DNA of 64,000 bases from a virus (lineage: Duplodnaviria > Caudoviricetes): the IMG/VR virus record IMGVR_UViG_3300016744_000005, positions 32,001-96,000 of that record. One strand, written 5' to 3'. The notes below the pieces were generated by a model. It had not been told where the DNA came from and did no database searches. It was given only the letters and a program-made list of their open reading frames with translations. Each line of letters starts with the position of its first letter. The stretch's first letter is position 1. Shown piece after piece: positions 18,543 to 28,454 of the stretch. Both the position numbers and the translations under genes were made by a program.

Positions 18543-18866
18543 TTAACTGCGGTAAATATCCCACGCCACTGGCGCGAACTCCCGCTCGATGTCACTAATC
18601 CAAAACCGTAGGTACTCTTCACTATCTACACAGTCCAATACCTGTCTAGCCCGTGTGATATCACCTTGGTAGTTTTTCAGCCGTACTTGTTGTAATAACC
18701 AGCTATTCAAACGACTATTAATCTGAGTAACTATAGTATCCCAATGCAGTCTATTATCCATACGGTTAACTGATAGATTAACTTCCTGGAAAATGTCCGT
18801 GGTAAATTCTGATCCGTAACGATCAAATACCCTTCTTAATCTGTTGATACAATTAATCACGTCCAT
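18543..18866 (-). CDS. Hypothetical protein
   Basis: RBS AGGAG; preceded by TATATTAC motif and a UUCG hairpin. Confidence 0.75.
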   Translation of the reverse strand: MDVINCINRLRRVFDRYGSEFTTDIFQEVNLSVNRMDNRLHWDTIVTQINSRLNSWLLQQVRLKNYQGDITRARQVLDCVDSEEYLRFWISDIEREFAPVAWDIYRS

Positions 18867-18904
18867 ATAAGACTCCTAGAGCAGTGTGGCGAACCACACT
18901 GCCT

Positions 18905-18915
18905 GTAATATATTT
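18905..18915 (-). promoter_or_regulatory. Early-promoter-like motif AAATATATTAC
   Basis: Matches the phiKZ early consensus TATATTAC; UUCG hairpin 18881-18902 lies immediately downstream. Confidence 0.55.
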
Positions 18916-20344
18916 AAGGGTGCTTTTTCAAGACCTTACAGACGTAGTCGCCGCCGGCCATCTGTAACAGCGTCATCGCTGTAATAGTCGGTTTCTTGAT
19001 TACATCTTTCTGATCGACAAAATACCAGTACTCAACCGTATCAGCTAAAATCTCATCCCAGTCGTAGCCCAGCTCTTTGATCTTAGTATACAGCTCAGCT
19101 GGCTGGAGTTTCAGAGCCAGATCCATATCAAACCAGTTGATATGCATGTATGCCAATGCTGCGGTAATTGCCATCGCACGAGCGAACTTCTGATCTTCCA
19201 TTAATAACTTGCGAACTGACTTACGAGTGAAGAATAACTCTGGGTACAAATGCAAAGTAAAGCCTTGGTTATTCCCTTTGACTTCCATCCCGTAATTACC
19301 TGCATATTCACGCAGGTAGTAGAATTCAGTTAAACCTACCAGTAAACCTTCACGTTGTGAGAAGATCAAATCCAGGAATGCCCCAGTCGGACCACCTTTA
19401 CCCCGTAGCTGTTCAAAACGCACCACCATCAAATCAGTATCACCCATAACTTCTGGTTTGATTGGATGTGGGAATAACGGGAGTTTGGTGTTCTTATCCA
19501 GTAAAGGACCAGATGCAGTAGCAATGAAACAACTGTTAGTTAAGAAAGTGAAGTTCTCAGGTACCCCTTTGAGTTTCAAATCCCCTTTCAAGCCAGACAG
19601 CTTTTTATGCGATGGTGCGTACATATCCATTTTAATCTCATCGCCTGCATGGGCAGTGAGATTCATGTAGTACATACTAGCAGCTGCCACTGTAGGCATC
19701 TGTCCCATCATCTGTGATTTAGCGGCACCTGATTTCATTGCTTCGGTGTTCAATGCTGAATCACCGACATTGTTTTTGTCATGCATGTTTTCGACTGAGT
19801 TAACACGCAGACCTGAGAAACTATCGACATCCAGTATCCACGGTGATGGCATTTTACGGCTTTCACCGTTCAATTCCATAAACGGAGTCACACGTAAATC
19901 TTTTTCTTTGATGTTACGACGATTGGTCATCTCATCACGGTATTTCTTCCACCACTCATCCCCTAACTCCATAGACGAGTCAGAGATGTTCCATGAACCA
20001 CCTTCTTCCAGTAGCGATGGAATATCCAAATGACGCGCTTCTGGGATATTCTGCTGGAAGGCTTGTAAACGAGGAATACCACCAAATGAGTTTTCACTGT
20101 CATACGTTTCAAACCACTCAGGCTGATAGCGTACTGCTGCGCGCATACTGGTAGCTTTGGAGGCAGCGGTTTTAAAGGTATTACCTCGACCTGCCCAACC
20201 CATGATATGAGACATACCGCCGTTTAGGTACCATAGACCGTTTAAACCACGGTGGTAAGACCCTGTCATATGGTCTAATAAACTGAAAACGTTAAGCGAT
20301 GGACGTACTGCCGAAGCGCGTTTAGCGCCTGCTGGACCTGCCAT
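18914..20344 (-). CDS. uvsX: RecA/UvsX-like recombinase (phiKZ gp152-like)
   Basis: Walker A AGRGNTFKT, YDSE, Walker B LDVDSFS; start revised to ATG 20344 (SD GGAG). Confidence 0.85.
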   Translation of the reverse strand: MAGPAGAKRASAVRPSLNVFSLLDHMTGSYHRGLNGLWYLNGGMSHIMGWAGRGNTFKTAASKATSMRAAVRYQPEWFETYDSENSFGGIPRLQAFQQNIPEARHLDIPSLLEEGGSWNISDSSMELGDEWWKKYRDEMTNRRNIKEKDLRVTPFMELNGESRKMPSPWILDVDSFSGLRVNSVENMHDKNNVGDSALNTEAMKSGAAKSQMMGQMPTVAAASMYYMNLTAHAGDEIKMDMYAPSHKKLSGLKGDLKLKGVPENFTFLTNSCFIATASGPLLDKNTKLPLFPHPIKPEVMGDTDLMVVRFEQLRGKGGPTGAFLDLIFSQREGLLVGLTEFYYLREYAGNYGMEVKGNNQGFTLHLYPELFFTRKSVRKLLMEDQKFARAMAITAALAYMHINWFDMDLALKLQPAELYTKIKELGYDWDEILADTVEYWYFVDQKDVIKKPTITAMTLLQMAGGDYVCKVLKKHP

Positions 20345-20411
20345 GTTTCTATACTCCAAATTCGACTAAGTTCACAATATTGTATTGTTGGTTTTTTAAA
20401 AGAGGTTTCTA

Positions 20412-21254
20412 ATGGACAAGTTATCCACCGTATTTACTACTCCAATCGGATTGGAGTTATTTGGTCTTGATAAGATCGTCAACTACCTGAAAGACCGACA
20501 GATCTTTACCAAAGCCCGTGGTCTCGTTACGGGACTGTTCAGCGGCTTTAAATCCAACTCGATTAAGATCGAATCAAAACTCGATGTTAAGCTCCACGGT
20601 TGGTTAGAGCGTGAATCGTATCTCGTGTTAGAACACGTAGAGGTGTATATCCCTCGAAATATGTCAGTGCCCTACACACAATACCAGTCAGTGTTATTAA
20701 AAATCGCTAGTGAATTAGCCACCTCTCGCAAAGTATTGCTATCACAAGCGATCGCGACTTTTGGTTATTACATTAATTCACCGGCATCACTGCGTGCCCA
20801 CTCGATTAGACCCGGCGATGTTATTGGTAGTGCATTGCCACCTAAAGCGAATAAATGGTTAACAGATGCCGCGGCACAGATGTCGACTTGTCTATCACCA
20901 GCCCAACTAATGGATACTACTCCATTTACTAAAGCATTTCAACGCAATGGTGAAGTAGCTGAAGTAACTCAGGTAGCGCATGAGTTATATAGTACCGTAG
21001 TACTAGCACAGGCTACACCAATCGAAGATGAAGCGATGCAGTTAATGGATTTAGCTGAGAAGCTCTTTGATATGATTAAAAACGACCCGCTGTATCAAAC
21101 TGTATCAAAACCAGTCATGGATGATTTGGTACATCGTTTACAATGTGCAGCGGAATGGACTGAGTTTTATGCAACCTACGCTCACCAGCTCCAGCAGATG
21201 GCAGTCGCTATCTCTGACACAGTAGCTAAACTGACTAAAATCGCTAAATCGTGA
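20412..21254 (+). CDS. Virion head protein (phiKZ gp153-like by synteny)
   Basis: Divergent from uvsX; N-terminal IGLE resembles the S/A/G-x-E prohead-protease cleavage site. Confidence 0.55.
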   Translation: MDKLSTVFTTPIGLELFGLDKIVNYLKDRQIFTKARGLVTGLFSGFKSNSIKIESKLDVKLHGWLERESYLVLEHVEVYIPRNMSVPYTQYQSVLLKIASELATSRKVLLSQAIATFGYYINSPASLRAHSIRPGDVIGSALPPKANKWLTDAAAQMSTCLSPAQLMDTTPFTKAFQRNGEVAEVTQVAHELYSTVVLAQATPIEDEAMQLMDLAEKLFDMIKNDPLYQTVSKPVMDDLVHRLQCAAEWTEFYATYAHQLQQMAVAISDTVAKLTKIAKS

Positions 21255-21303
21255 CAAAAAATAAAGTACTTACCTTTCGGGGTAAGTACTTTATTACATT
21301 ATG
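21255..21303. terminator. Bidirectional hairpin terminator
   Basis: aataaagtacttacc-tttcgg-ggtaagtactttatt at 21260-21295, A-tract on the left. Confidence 0.8.
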
Positions 21304-21814
21304 CTGTCTGGACGATAGCTACGTGTTTATCGAGATGCCAGACGATATTCGTGATCTGCCCATCTAACTTAGTTTGTAGTAAGTGTTGGTAGAACATATC
21401 GGCTAAGGTCTGATACCAGGCGAACGGTGGGAGTATCCGCACTAACGCATCCGGTAGTACGTCGTTCAACTCAGTAATACCCGACTCTCGTAACGAGTTA
21501 ATCACGTCTTCAATGACCTGTACGAACATATGTAGTCCAGTAGATAAATCATTAAAGACATCTATAAACAGCTGTTCGAAATCCTGACCTTGTTCCGCAC
21601 ACCACCAACACGCATCTTCGTAGAAATCACCATAACAAACTCCTTCAGACCAACCATCAAAACAGACAGTAGTACATGTATGTTGAAAGTAGGTATGGAC
21701 AAACTCACGGATAAATGTGGGTAATCCAGCTATTTCATATCTAGTATAGGTGTCTTGCCACCCTAGCCTTAAATGCTCCTCAAGCTCCTGAGAGAGCTGT
21801 AGTACGTATCGCAT
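21299..21814 (-). CDS. Hypothetical acidic protein; start revised to MRYVLQ
   Basis: SD AAGGAG upstream of ATG 21814. Confidence 0.7.
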   Translation of the reverse strand: MRYVLQLSQELEEHLRLGWQDTYTRYEIAGLPTFIREFVHTYFQHTCTTVCFDGWSEGVCYGDFYEDACWWCAEQGQDFEQLFIDVFNDLSTGLHMFVQVIEDVINSLRESGITELNDVLPDALVRILPPFAWYQTLADMFYQHLLQTKLDGQITNIVWHLDKHVAIVQTA

Positions 21815-21866
21815 CGAATATACTCCTTCTAATCCAGGTAGAGAGCCGAAGCCCTCTACCTGTGTA

Positions 21867-23483
21867 TTAGTCGTTAAATTTAACGGGGTCTTGATCACGA
21901 TCTAGATGTCGGTAATTACGGTAATTCCCACACCACACCCCATAGCTATCATCGGTGATAATGATAAATGCATATCGGAATGTAATTTTAGAGAACCGCC
22001 AGGTTACTGCGAACACCCGTGGGTGATCGTCCGCTAATCCAGCCATCATGTTCCTGGTAGGTATATCGATACCGCGTGCAAAGATAGTAGGTATTAGTGT
22101 ATCCGTGCAGGGATTGGGTAAATCGAGTTTGACCGACTTCGAAGTCATGTTATAAAACTCTGACATCTTCGTCTGACCAGCAGAACCATCTTTCTTCAGT
22201 GCCGTAGTATAAAACAGATCAGTTACTTCTAACGACTGTAGTGCCAGCGGTGTAAAGTCACGACACTCTGGTATCACATGCCCTTGTTGTAACAGATGAC
22301 TGTATAGCACCGTACGCAGTAGTTCCTCCTCCTCCTCTATCCGGTAGGATAAACGAGGTGGCCTTAACATCTTCGAGATGATCTCTTCCCGACGGGTAAT
22401 TAAGTCATTACGAGCGTTTTTGATCCACATCGTTTCTGCAGTACCGTGAAGCTCTTCCCAGATAACTTTAGGTAGTAACAGATTCGAGAGGTTGATCATA
22501 TTGACCACTTCAGACTGATACATGACGTTAGTGGTGGCCCACATCTTAGACTGATGATAATCGCGTAAGCGCTCGATAATCGACACTGGACTATTAGTTA
22601 ACACTAACCCAAACCCAGAGTCTGATTTCTTCTTACCCAATAACTCCACATCATCTTTGGATTTACTGTGGTCACCGACGAAGTAGTGATGGTAATTAAT
22701 ACCGTCAATCTCTGTCTGTCGTGTAGTCCGTCCAGTAAAGCTGTAGCACCATTTCGTCCGTATCGCGTTAGGTATAGGTTTCTCCACATCCCAATAACGT
22801 GCGTCACCGACGATATAATCACGCCAGGTTATATCGGTATCCAAACCTTGGTTATTGATAGCGCGTATTACTCCAGAGGTAGCACATCGATCCGCACACT
22901 CATTACCAAAGTGTTCAGCATGGGCTTTAATCCACTTGAGCTCTAAGCGCCCTGCATATTCAGTACGTACCGCCAGGATACGTTCCCACAAATCACGATG
23001 CGCTACATCATCGCCATCTGACTTACGCCACCCTTTGGCGATCCAGTTATCTAGGTCGTTGTTAAACCCTTTTACCAGATACTGACTATCCGCTTGGATA
23101 AAGTAGTATTCGGCTTTATGTGGGCAAGATTCAAACACTTCTAAGAAAGCTGACAATTCACAGCGTTGTGCTGAGGCAGTTAATCCACGCCAACCGTCGA
23201 CGAGCCGAACTGTATCACAATCTTTAATCACACCCGCATCTTTTAGTTTGATACTGTAATCCCATTTACTGTATTCAGGATTATACTCAGCATCTTTCAA
23301 TTGATCGCCAGTAGGTTTAGGACGATAGCCATCCGGTGTTAATATCACATCAGCATTAGCGTAGCGACAACCAGGCAGCGTATCAAAGAAATACCCATGG
23401 ATACCCCAACCACCACCAGTAACTTCCTCACTGGTACGGTTGCCACCGTCTGTATAGAGTACTGCATATTTAAATGAACTCAT
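21867..23483 (-). CDS. rnhA: Ribonuclease H (phiKZ gp155-like, long C-terminal extension)
   Basis: Catalytic YTDGG, RCELSA, ADSQY, W..KGWRK.DG, WIKAH...GNE.AD. Confidence 0.92.
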   Translation of the reverse strand: MSSFKYAVLYTDGGNRTSEEVTGGGWGIHGYFFDTLPGCRYANADVILTPDGYRPKPTGDQLKDAEYNPEYSKWDYSIKLKDAGVIKDCDTVRLVDGWRGLTASAQRCELSAFLEVFESCPHKAEYYFIQADSQYLVKGFNNDLDNWIAKGWRKSDGDDVAHRDLWERILAVRTEYAGRLELKWIKAHAEHFGNECADRCATSGVIRAINNQGLDTDITWRDYIVGDARYWDVEKPIPNAIRTKWCYSFTGRTTRQTEIDGINYHHYFVGDHSKSKDDVELLGKKKSDSGFGLVLTNSPVSIIERLRDYHQSKMWATTNVMYQSEVVNMINLSNLLLPKVIWEELHGTAETMWIKNARNDLITRREEIISKMLRPPRLSYRIEEEEELLRTVLYSHLLQQGHVIPECRDFTPLALQSLEVTDLFYTTALKKDGSAGQTKMSEFYNMTSKSVKLDLPNPCTDTLIPTIFARGIDIPTRNMMAGLADDHPRVFAVTWRFSKITFRYAFIIITDDSYGVWCGNYRNYRHLDRDQDPVKFND

Positions 23484-24142
23484 TCTGTATACTCAGCAAT
23501 GACTGCACGTACTTCAGGCAGTACTGCAATCTTAGATAAGAAGTTGTAATAACGCGCACAGTGATATCCCTCTTCGATGGCATCGTGTAACGCGATATGT
23601 TTGTGGTACTGGCCATCAGGACAGATTTGTGCCAGTGTAAAGCCAGAGGCTTGTGGTAAATCCACCGCGGCATAGAAACGATCGATGGTACGAGAGGAGT
23701 CCATCATGCGCATTAACAGTGGATAACGATCATAGCCGTAAGAACGCACGACGTTAGTCATAATCACATAGTCAAAATCAGGACCACGCATAGCGATAGG
23801 CATATTCCATTTCTCACGATCATACTTCGCTAAGAACGCTTCTAACTGATCACAGCAGTCACGTAGTGTAACTGGGTTAGTTACCTGCCAGTTATGATCA
23901 CGTGCTACCAGTGACGGATATTTAGGATCAGAACCAGAGTACGCCCACCACTCGTCAGTACTAGCACCGATGGTTCTATCTGCTTGGGTAGCGTCATCAG
24001 GACCCATTAACCATTCAGCTGAATCTACACGCTGCATAGTCTGTACGTCAAACACGGCAATACCTGCAGCTAATACATACGCAGATGGTAGGAAGTCACG
24101 GGTTTCTAAATCCAGTGACGCAACATAACGTGGGATTTTCAT
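23480..24142 (-). CDS. DEDDh 3'-5' exonuclease (RNase AS/DUF5051-like)
   Basis: ExoI LDLET, ExoII RGPDFD, ExoIII HIALHDA. Confidence 0.85.
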   Translation of the reverse strand: MKIPRYVASLDLETRDFLPSAYVLAAGIAVFDVQTMQRVDSAEWLMGPDDATQADRTIGASTDEWWAYSGSDPKYPSLVARDHNWQVTNPVTLRDCCDQLEAFLAKYDREKWNMPIAMRGPDFDYVIMTNVVRSYGYDRYPLLMRMMDSSRTIDRFYAAVDLPQASGFTLAQICPDGQYHKHIALHDAIEEGYHCARYYNFLSKIAVLPEVRAVIAEYTE

Positions 24143-24170
24143 AACAGCTGCTCCAGTAGTAATACGAGGT

Positions 24171-24181
24171 ATGATATATAT
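24171..24181 (-). promoter_or_regulatory. Variant early/middle promoter-like motif ATATATATCAT
   Basis: Resembles the other TATATTAY copies; lies upstream of the exonuclease/RNase H operon. Confidence 0.4.
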
Positions 24182-24220
24182 TTATATCACTATACGATAC
24201 GTGCTACTGTCATAAATAAC

Positions 24221-24246
24221 CAGAGGTAGGCCGAAGCCTACCTCTG
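24221..24246 (-). terminator. cUUCGg hairpin terminator
   Basis: cagaggtaggc-cgaa-gcctacctctg followed on the minus strand by gttatttatg. Confidence 0.75.
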
Positions 24247-24252
24247 ATTCGA

Positions 24253-24627
24253 TTACGGTTTGTTACGCTTATAAGTCCGTGTAGAGGGACCAGATGGACA
24301 TACTACAGGTGTATCCAAGGCACTTTCTAAGTAACCATTGGTGGCGCGGAGTTTCTCGACCTCTTTTTCTAAGTCATCGATATCTTTATTGAGATCGGCT
24401 AGTTTTTCTTTAGTCGTTTCTAATCGGACGGCAGCTTCGATCTTCTCCCCTTGAAGATCGTACACTTTCACCAGCGCTAACCCCAGTAGTGCTGCTAACA
24501 ATACCGAAGCTAAAAACAGGATTACTCCGCCCGATTTACCCCCCTCCTGTGCACGTTCACTATCGGCCACGTCTTTTAATCGCTCCAATAACCACGGTAC
24601 AAATAGCTCACTAAACAAAGCCATCAT
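24253..24627 (-). CDS. Single-pass membrane protein with coiled coil (i-spanin/holin-like candidate)
   Basis: One TM helix (VILFLASVLLAALLGLALV), heptad repeat, C-terminal Cys/Pro tail; SD AAGGAG. Confidence 0.6.
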   Translation of the reverse strand: MMALFSELFVPWLLERLKDVADSERAQEGGKSGGVILFLASVLLAALLGLALVKVYDLQGEKIEAAVRLETTKEKLADLNKDIDDLEKEVEKLRATNGYLESALDTPVVCPSGPSTRTYKRNKP

Positions 24628-24711
24628 ATTATCTCCTTGCTCTTGTTTTCATTTTATGTTAATACATTACCATATTACCCCCTAAGTGTCAAATGACGAC
24701 GGAGTCTTAAA

Positions 24712-26052
24712 ATGTACATATTGAAAGGGTTTATTAACATCGATGCGTTAGCCAACAATACCCCGGGCTCTGTGGCTGCTTTAGGGGAGCTTTCGAATGC
24801 ATCGATGACGTACGCTATCGAGAAAGGTTATTACAATCGTGAGAATCTCGAAAATGTAGAGTTAGTATCATTTACTTCCCGCTATGATACTGCCACGACC
24901 ACTGGTCCTAAGATCGCAGTACCAGCTAAATACTCAGATCACGTATTAACCGTAATGCAGTGGATCTTTAATCAATCCATCGCAGATAAGATTAGTAATG
25001 ATGCTGAAGCGTTCCGGACTTTACTCCTAGCCCAATACGGTACTATTATCGATGATTGTGAAATCGGTAAAATGGTAGTTGAGAAAGGGAATTGGTTACC
25101 TTCATATATCGCTTGGAAATTTGATACTGCCGGCGAAGATAATGCTATCCGCATCTGGTTATCAGATGATGCATTTAAAACACAATACGACGAATATCAA
25201 ATCGTAGTGATACCACCGATTGAACCTGTGGATATTTTCCAGCGAGTTAAATCTATCGTCGCGCCTAAATTGGCTGAGTTCACAGTACCTGGATTACATG
25301 TCCGTGTATTAGAGAAAACTAAAGGCGAGCCATATACATATCTGATCTCGAAGGATTACCCGTGGTATGACCGCGAAGATCCTACTGCGACTTTGATGAC
25401 TACTTGGACTGTCGCGATCTATGGTATCGCTGGTAATAACCTCGAAGTTATTAAAGATGCATTAGCTGATTATATCCTGGCTAATTCGACTTATGATCGG
25501 GATGATTGGATTCCGGTGTTCCCAGATATCTTCACGAATACTGAATTTACGTTTATCCCATTCTGGCAGCGTAGATCAGTCGTAGATGAGACCGTACGGG
25601 GCTCCCTATACTCCCCTATAGTTCCATATGATGGTTTACCAGGATTTGCTGCAAAATTCACCAAATACGTGCCAGTAGAGCACTTGCAGAAATATTTAAT
25701 GCTCGCAGGCATCCAATATAAGTCTATTGCCTCAGTAGTAATTGGTGGAAATGAGAATCGTAATAAGAAATACTTATTGACGGATTATTTCCCAGATTAC
25801 GCATTGATCTCCACTACCTCTATCGATTTTAATCGAATGTCAGCATCTACGGTTGAGTTTATTACTAAACTCACTACCGCCGTAATAGCTGCTGAAGAGA
25901 TGGATGAGTATTCGTATATCGGTGCGACTATGTCACGTATTACCCGGGATGGGATTCTCTATGTGGGATTCTCACATGAAGACGTGAGCTTCTTGGTAGT
26001 GTCACGTGGATCACTAGAAAAGATCTTAGCAGCATCGCAGATGCAAGGATAA
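24712..26052 (+). CDS. Virion structural protein (phiKZ gp157-like)
   Basis: MYILKGF.....L.NN.PG.VA.LGELS N-terminus and W...FPDIF...EF..IP.W; gene order. Confidence 0.7.
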   Translation: MYILKGFINIDALANNTPGSVAALGELSNASMTYAIEKGYYNRENLENVELVSFTSRYDTATTTGPKIAVPAKYSDHVLTVMQWIFNQSIADKISNDAEAFRTLLLAQYGTIIDDCEIGKMVVEKGNWLPSYIAWKFDTAGEDNAIRIWLSDDAFKTQYDEYQIVVIPPIEPVDIFQRVKSIVAPKLAEFTVPGLHVRVLEKTKGEPYTYLISKDYPWYDREDPTATLMTTWTVAIYGIAGNNLEVIKDALADYILANSTYDRDDWIPVFPDIFTNTEFTFIPFWQRRSVVDETVRGSLYSPIVPYDGLPGFAAKFTKYVPVEHLQKYLMLAGIQYKSIASVVIGGNENRNKKYLLTDYFPDYALISTTSIDFNRMSASTVEFITKLTTAVIAAEEMDEYSYIGATMSRITRDGILYVGFSHEDVSFLVVSRGSLEKILAASQMQG

Positions 26053-26063
26053 CGAGGTGATCT

Positions 26064-26702
26064 ATGGCCGAACGTATTCGTAAGTGTATTACTCCGCCGA
26101 TTAATGCGGCGGGGATATTTACTGCTTACTCCCCATTTACCCTACCGATCAATATCGTGTATCGGTGTGATGCCATTCGAACCTTTAAAGAGTTAATCAA
26201 AAAAGGGATCAATGTCTTTACTACCTATTACGAACCGAAAGGGTTATCCGAAGCTACATATCAAGTAGACTACGATTTAAATGCATCGATCGTTACTTTA
26301 GTATCGGGTACTGGTGAGTTTATCTATGTACCTAATACTTATATCGAATCTTACCCTGGCGATGCTGGAGTAGTTTATAATCGTAAAGTATTGGTGATCG
26401 AACTCGGTATGCTACCTACTCAAATGGACGTAGATTATATCTTCCCATTAGTGGAAGACTTAGTACACAAAAATTTAGGGGTCGCTAATACTGCATCGGT
26501 AGTGACTGCACCTTATACTGGAGTAATCACCCATGACCAACATGTGACCCTGGAAGCTTCACGATTAGTCGCTATTCGTGGTTATACGACGATATACGAA
26601 CAGCTATTGGCTACCCAGAAACAGTTAGAGTCATATCGTACCCAAAACGAACAGTTGATGTCAGTAATCGCTGCACACCCAGAAATCGTCACAAAAACTT
26701 AA
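26064..26702 (+). CDS. Virion structural protein (phiKZ gp158-like by synteny)
   Basis: TPPINA.G.F....PF, IYVPNTYIESYP, LG.LP; C-terminal coiled coil. Confidence 0.6.
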   Translation: MAERIRKCITPPINAAGIFTAYSPFTLPINIVYRCDAIRTFKELIKKGINVFTTYYEPKGLSEATYQVDYDLNASIVTLVSGTGEFIYVPNTYIESYPGDAGVVYNRKVLVIELGMLPTQMDVDYIFPLVEDLVHKNLGVANTASVVTAPYTGVITHDQHVTLEASRLVAIRGYTTIYEQLLATQKQLESYRTQNEQLMSVIAAHPEIVTKT

Positions 26703-26720
26703 TAGTACACAGACATAAAT

Positions 26721-26752
26721 CTACCCTAGAGAGCGATCGCTCTCTAGGGTAG
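26721..26752. terminator. Perfect 32-bp palindrome between convergent genes
   Basis: ctaccctagagagcgatcgctctctagggtag; TATG within 5 nt on both strands. Confidence 0.78.
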
Positions 26753-26774
26753 TATGCCTTTATGTTTACACGAT

Positions 26775-27614
26775 CTAAACCATCCGTCGACGGTCTAGAT
26801 AACAATCGCCTTTCTCCATCGTCCGTCGTTTTTGTGGTGTCCCATTCGGATCGATGGTAATGAGACGTGTAGTGTGGACCATAGATTCACTCACCACGGT
26901 GGTGTAGCGATCTGGTCGTGGGCACTTGGACTGTGACAAGGCCTGACGTTTCGAGACGTTAGCAATTGTGACAGGTCGCGGTAGATGTCGCTTAACTATT
27001 GGTGAGTATACCGCAGTATTCGCCTTTAGTTTCGCAAAGATACCAGCACGAAAAGCAGCTACTGTTTTAGCTTTACCATTTCGGTGGTAGAACAAATTGT
27101 AATTCGCCGCAGCGAAGTCCGGCATGATCGATGCCGCTGTTCGGTTACTGCGCACGTGCTCTAACTTCACCACCTTTTGTGGGGAGATGATGTGAGCTAA
27201 GTACAAATCACCAGGTGTTACACGTCGAGCTAAGTTCTCATTTAAATAGCGGCGGTTCTCCTTGATATATTCGCCACACATCAGCGCATTTGCATACGCA
27301 TCGGTACGACGAGTGTTACGCGCCAGACCATATTTTTTACCATAAGTTTTGAGTGTAGTACGCCATGTACGTCCAGTAAACTGACACACACCAGATGCAC
27401 TACTTTTATTACTTTTCGCGCGATGATTTAAACCACTTTCAGCGCCACCAAAGCCCGCGAGTATATCAACCGTTACACCGGTGGTCATTGCAGCTTTAGC
27501 AATGAGCTTTGCATTATGATTGATATCAGGAGCTTTAGTACGTTTTGCTTCTGCGTATTGCAGGTGACCCAATGTCACCACGAGCAGTAGCAGGGTAGTT
27601 AAGAATCTATTCAC
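26775..27614 (-). CDS. Secreted lytic transglycosylase (SLT, gp144/gp181 catalytic type) with signal peptide
   Basis: AESGLN..AK...SSASG..QF...TW, DLYLAH; N-terminal MNRFLTTLLLLVVTLGHLQYAEA; GTG start with SD GGAGGT. Confidence 0.85.
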   Translation of the reverse strand: MNRFLTTLLLLVVTLGHLQYAEAKRTKAPDINHNAKLIAKAAMTTGVTVDILAGFGGAESGLNHRAKSNKSSASGVCQFTGRTWRTTLKTYGKKYGLARNTRRTDAYANALMCGEYIKENRRYLNENLARRVTPGDLYLAHIISPQKVVKLEHVRSNRTAASIMPDFAAANYNLFYHRNGKAKTVAAFRAGIFAKLKANTAVYSPIVKRHLPRPVTIANVSKRQALSQSKCPRPDRYTTVVSESMVHTTRLITIDPNGTPQKRRTMEKGDCYLDRRRMV

Positions 27615-27759
27615 AGGAAATTACCTCCATCGGTTGTTTGGCGTTAGGTATCACCTTTGTAGTAGCCGTATAAAACCGACTACACGCGATTACCCCTACC
27701 GTTACACAGCCCCCGTTGGTAGCAAGCACTCTCCTAGCTTGCCACAGGTCGAGACTATT

Positions 27760-27795
27760 AAAAACTAATGTATTACCTCGAAGTCGCACATTAGT
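27760..27795 (-). terminator. Hairpin plus U-tract after ORF 27831..28454
   Basis: ACUAAUGUG...UACAUUAGU followed by UUUU. Confidence 0.6.
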
Positions 27796-27830
27796 AAGGT
27801 TTGGACTGGTCTGGATTAAAAGGAATGATG

Positions 27831-28454
27831 TTATTGCGGAGTAGCAGCCGGCGTTATCGCATGATTGAACTGCCCCACATACATCCGTGGAATTTGAAAC
27901 GGTTTATCGTAAGGTATCACCTCCTGTAATTTACACAGCTTAATCGGTGGGAGATAGCGTAAACAGTAGAGAGGAAAGTCACAATAGCGACCGTCGGCTG
28001 TTACGATATAACCCAGGGTTTGAATAACACTAAACAATGCCCCAATGTGATACACACCACCTGGCACATCACATAAGATATTTTTACCAATCTGATCTGC
28101 AGTTAACGAACACGCCAGCTGTATGGATTCTACGGTAGGACGTGCGATACATTTCGGTGGGTTTTTGGTACCGCGATCGTTATGTACGAATATACGTTCC
28201 ACGCCAGATAGTGTTTTTACTACCGGTGTGATTTCACTGCTGTGTGCATTCACCATATAACGACTAATATACTCGTGATACGCTTTAGAGAAATTCAACT
28301 CCGTGCCATAGATAGGCTCTATAGAGATCAATGCCAGCTGTGGATCATCATCTTTATTGTCTTTAAAGATCGGTACAGCGATCTGAGCGCCGCGTAAGCT
28401 CAGAGTATTTATATCAGGATTAAAATGAGATAATTGTTTTAAGTAAGGATGCAT
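27831..28454 (-). CDS. Hypothetical early protein (weak macrodomain-like similarity)
   Basis: SD GGAGG; own promoter motif and terminator. Confidence 0.75.
   Translation of the reverse strand: MHPYLKQLSHFNPDINTLSLRGAQIAVPIFKDNKDDDPQLALISIEPIYGTELNFSKAYHEYISRYMVNAHSSEITPVVKTLSGVERIFVHNDRGTKNPPKCIARPTVESIQLACSLTADQIGKNILCDVPGGVYHIGALFSVIQTLGYIVTADGRYCDFPLYCLRYLPPIKLCKLQEVIPYDKPFQIPRMYVGQFNHAITPAATPQ

Noticed and set aside
27615-27760. c-di-GMP or c-di-AMP riboswitch
   Set aside because: Only a superficial GGUAGGGGUAA resemblance; core motifs (GCAAA/GNRA-receptor architecture) are absent.
27607-27789. 60-aa ORF upstream of the SLT gene
   Set aside because: No RBS, begins inside a terminator hairpin; better explained as a structured leader.
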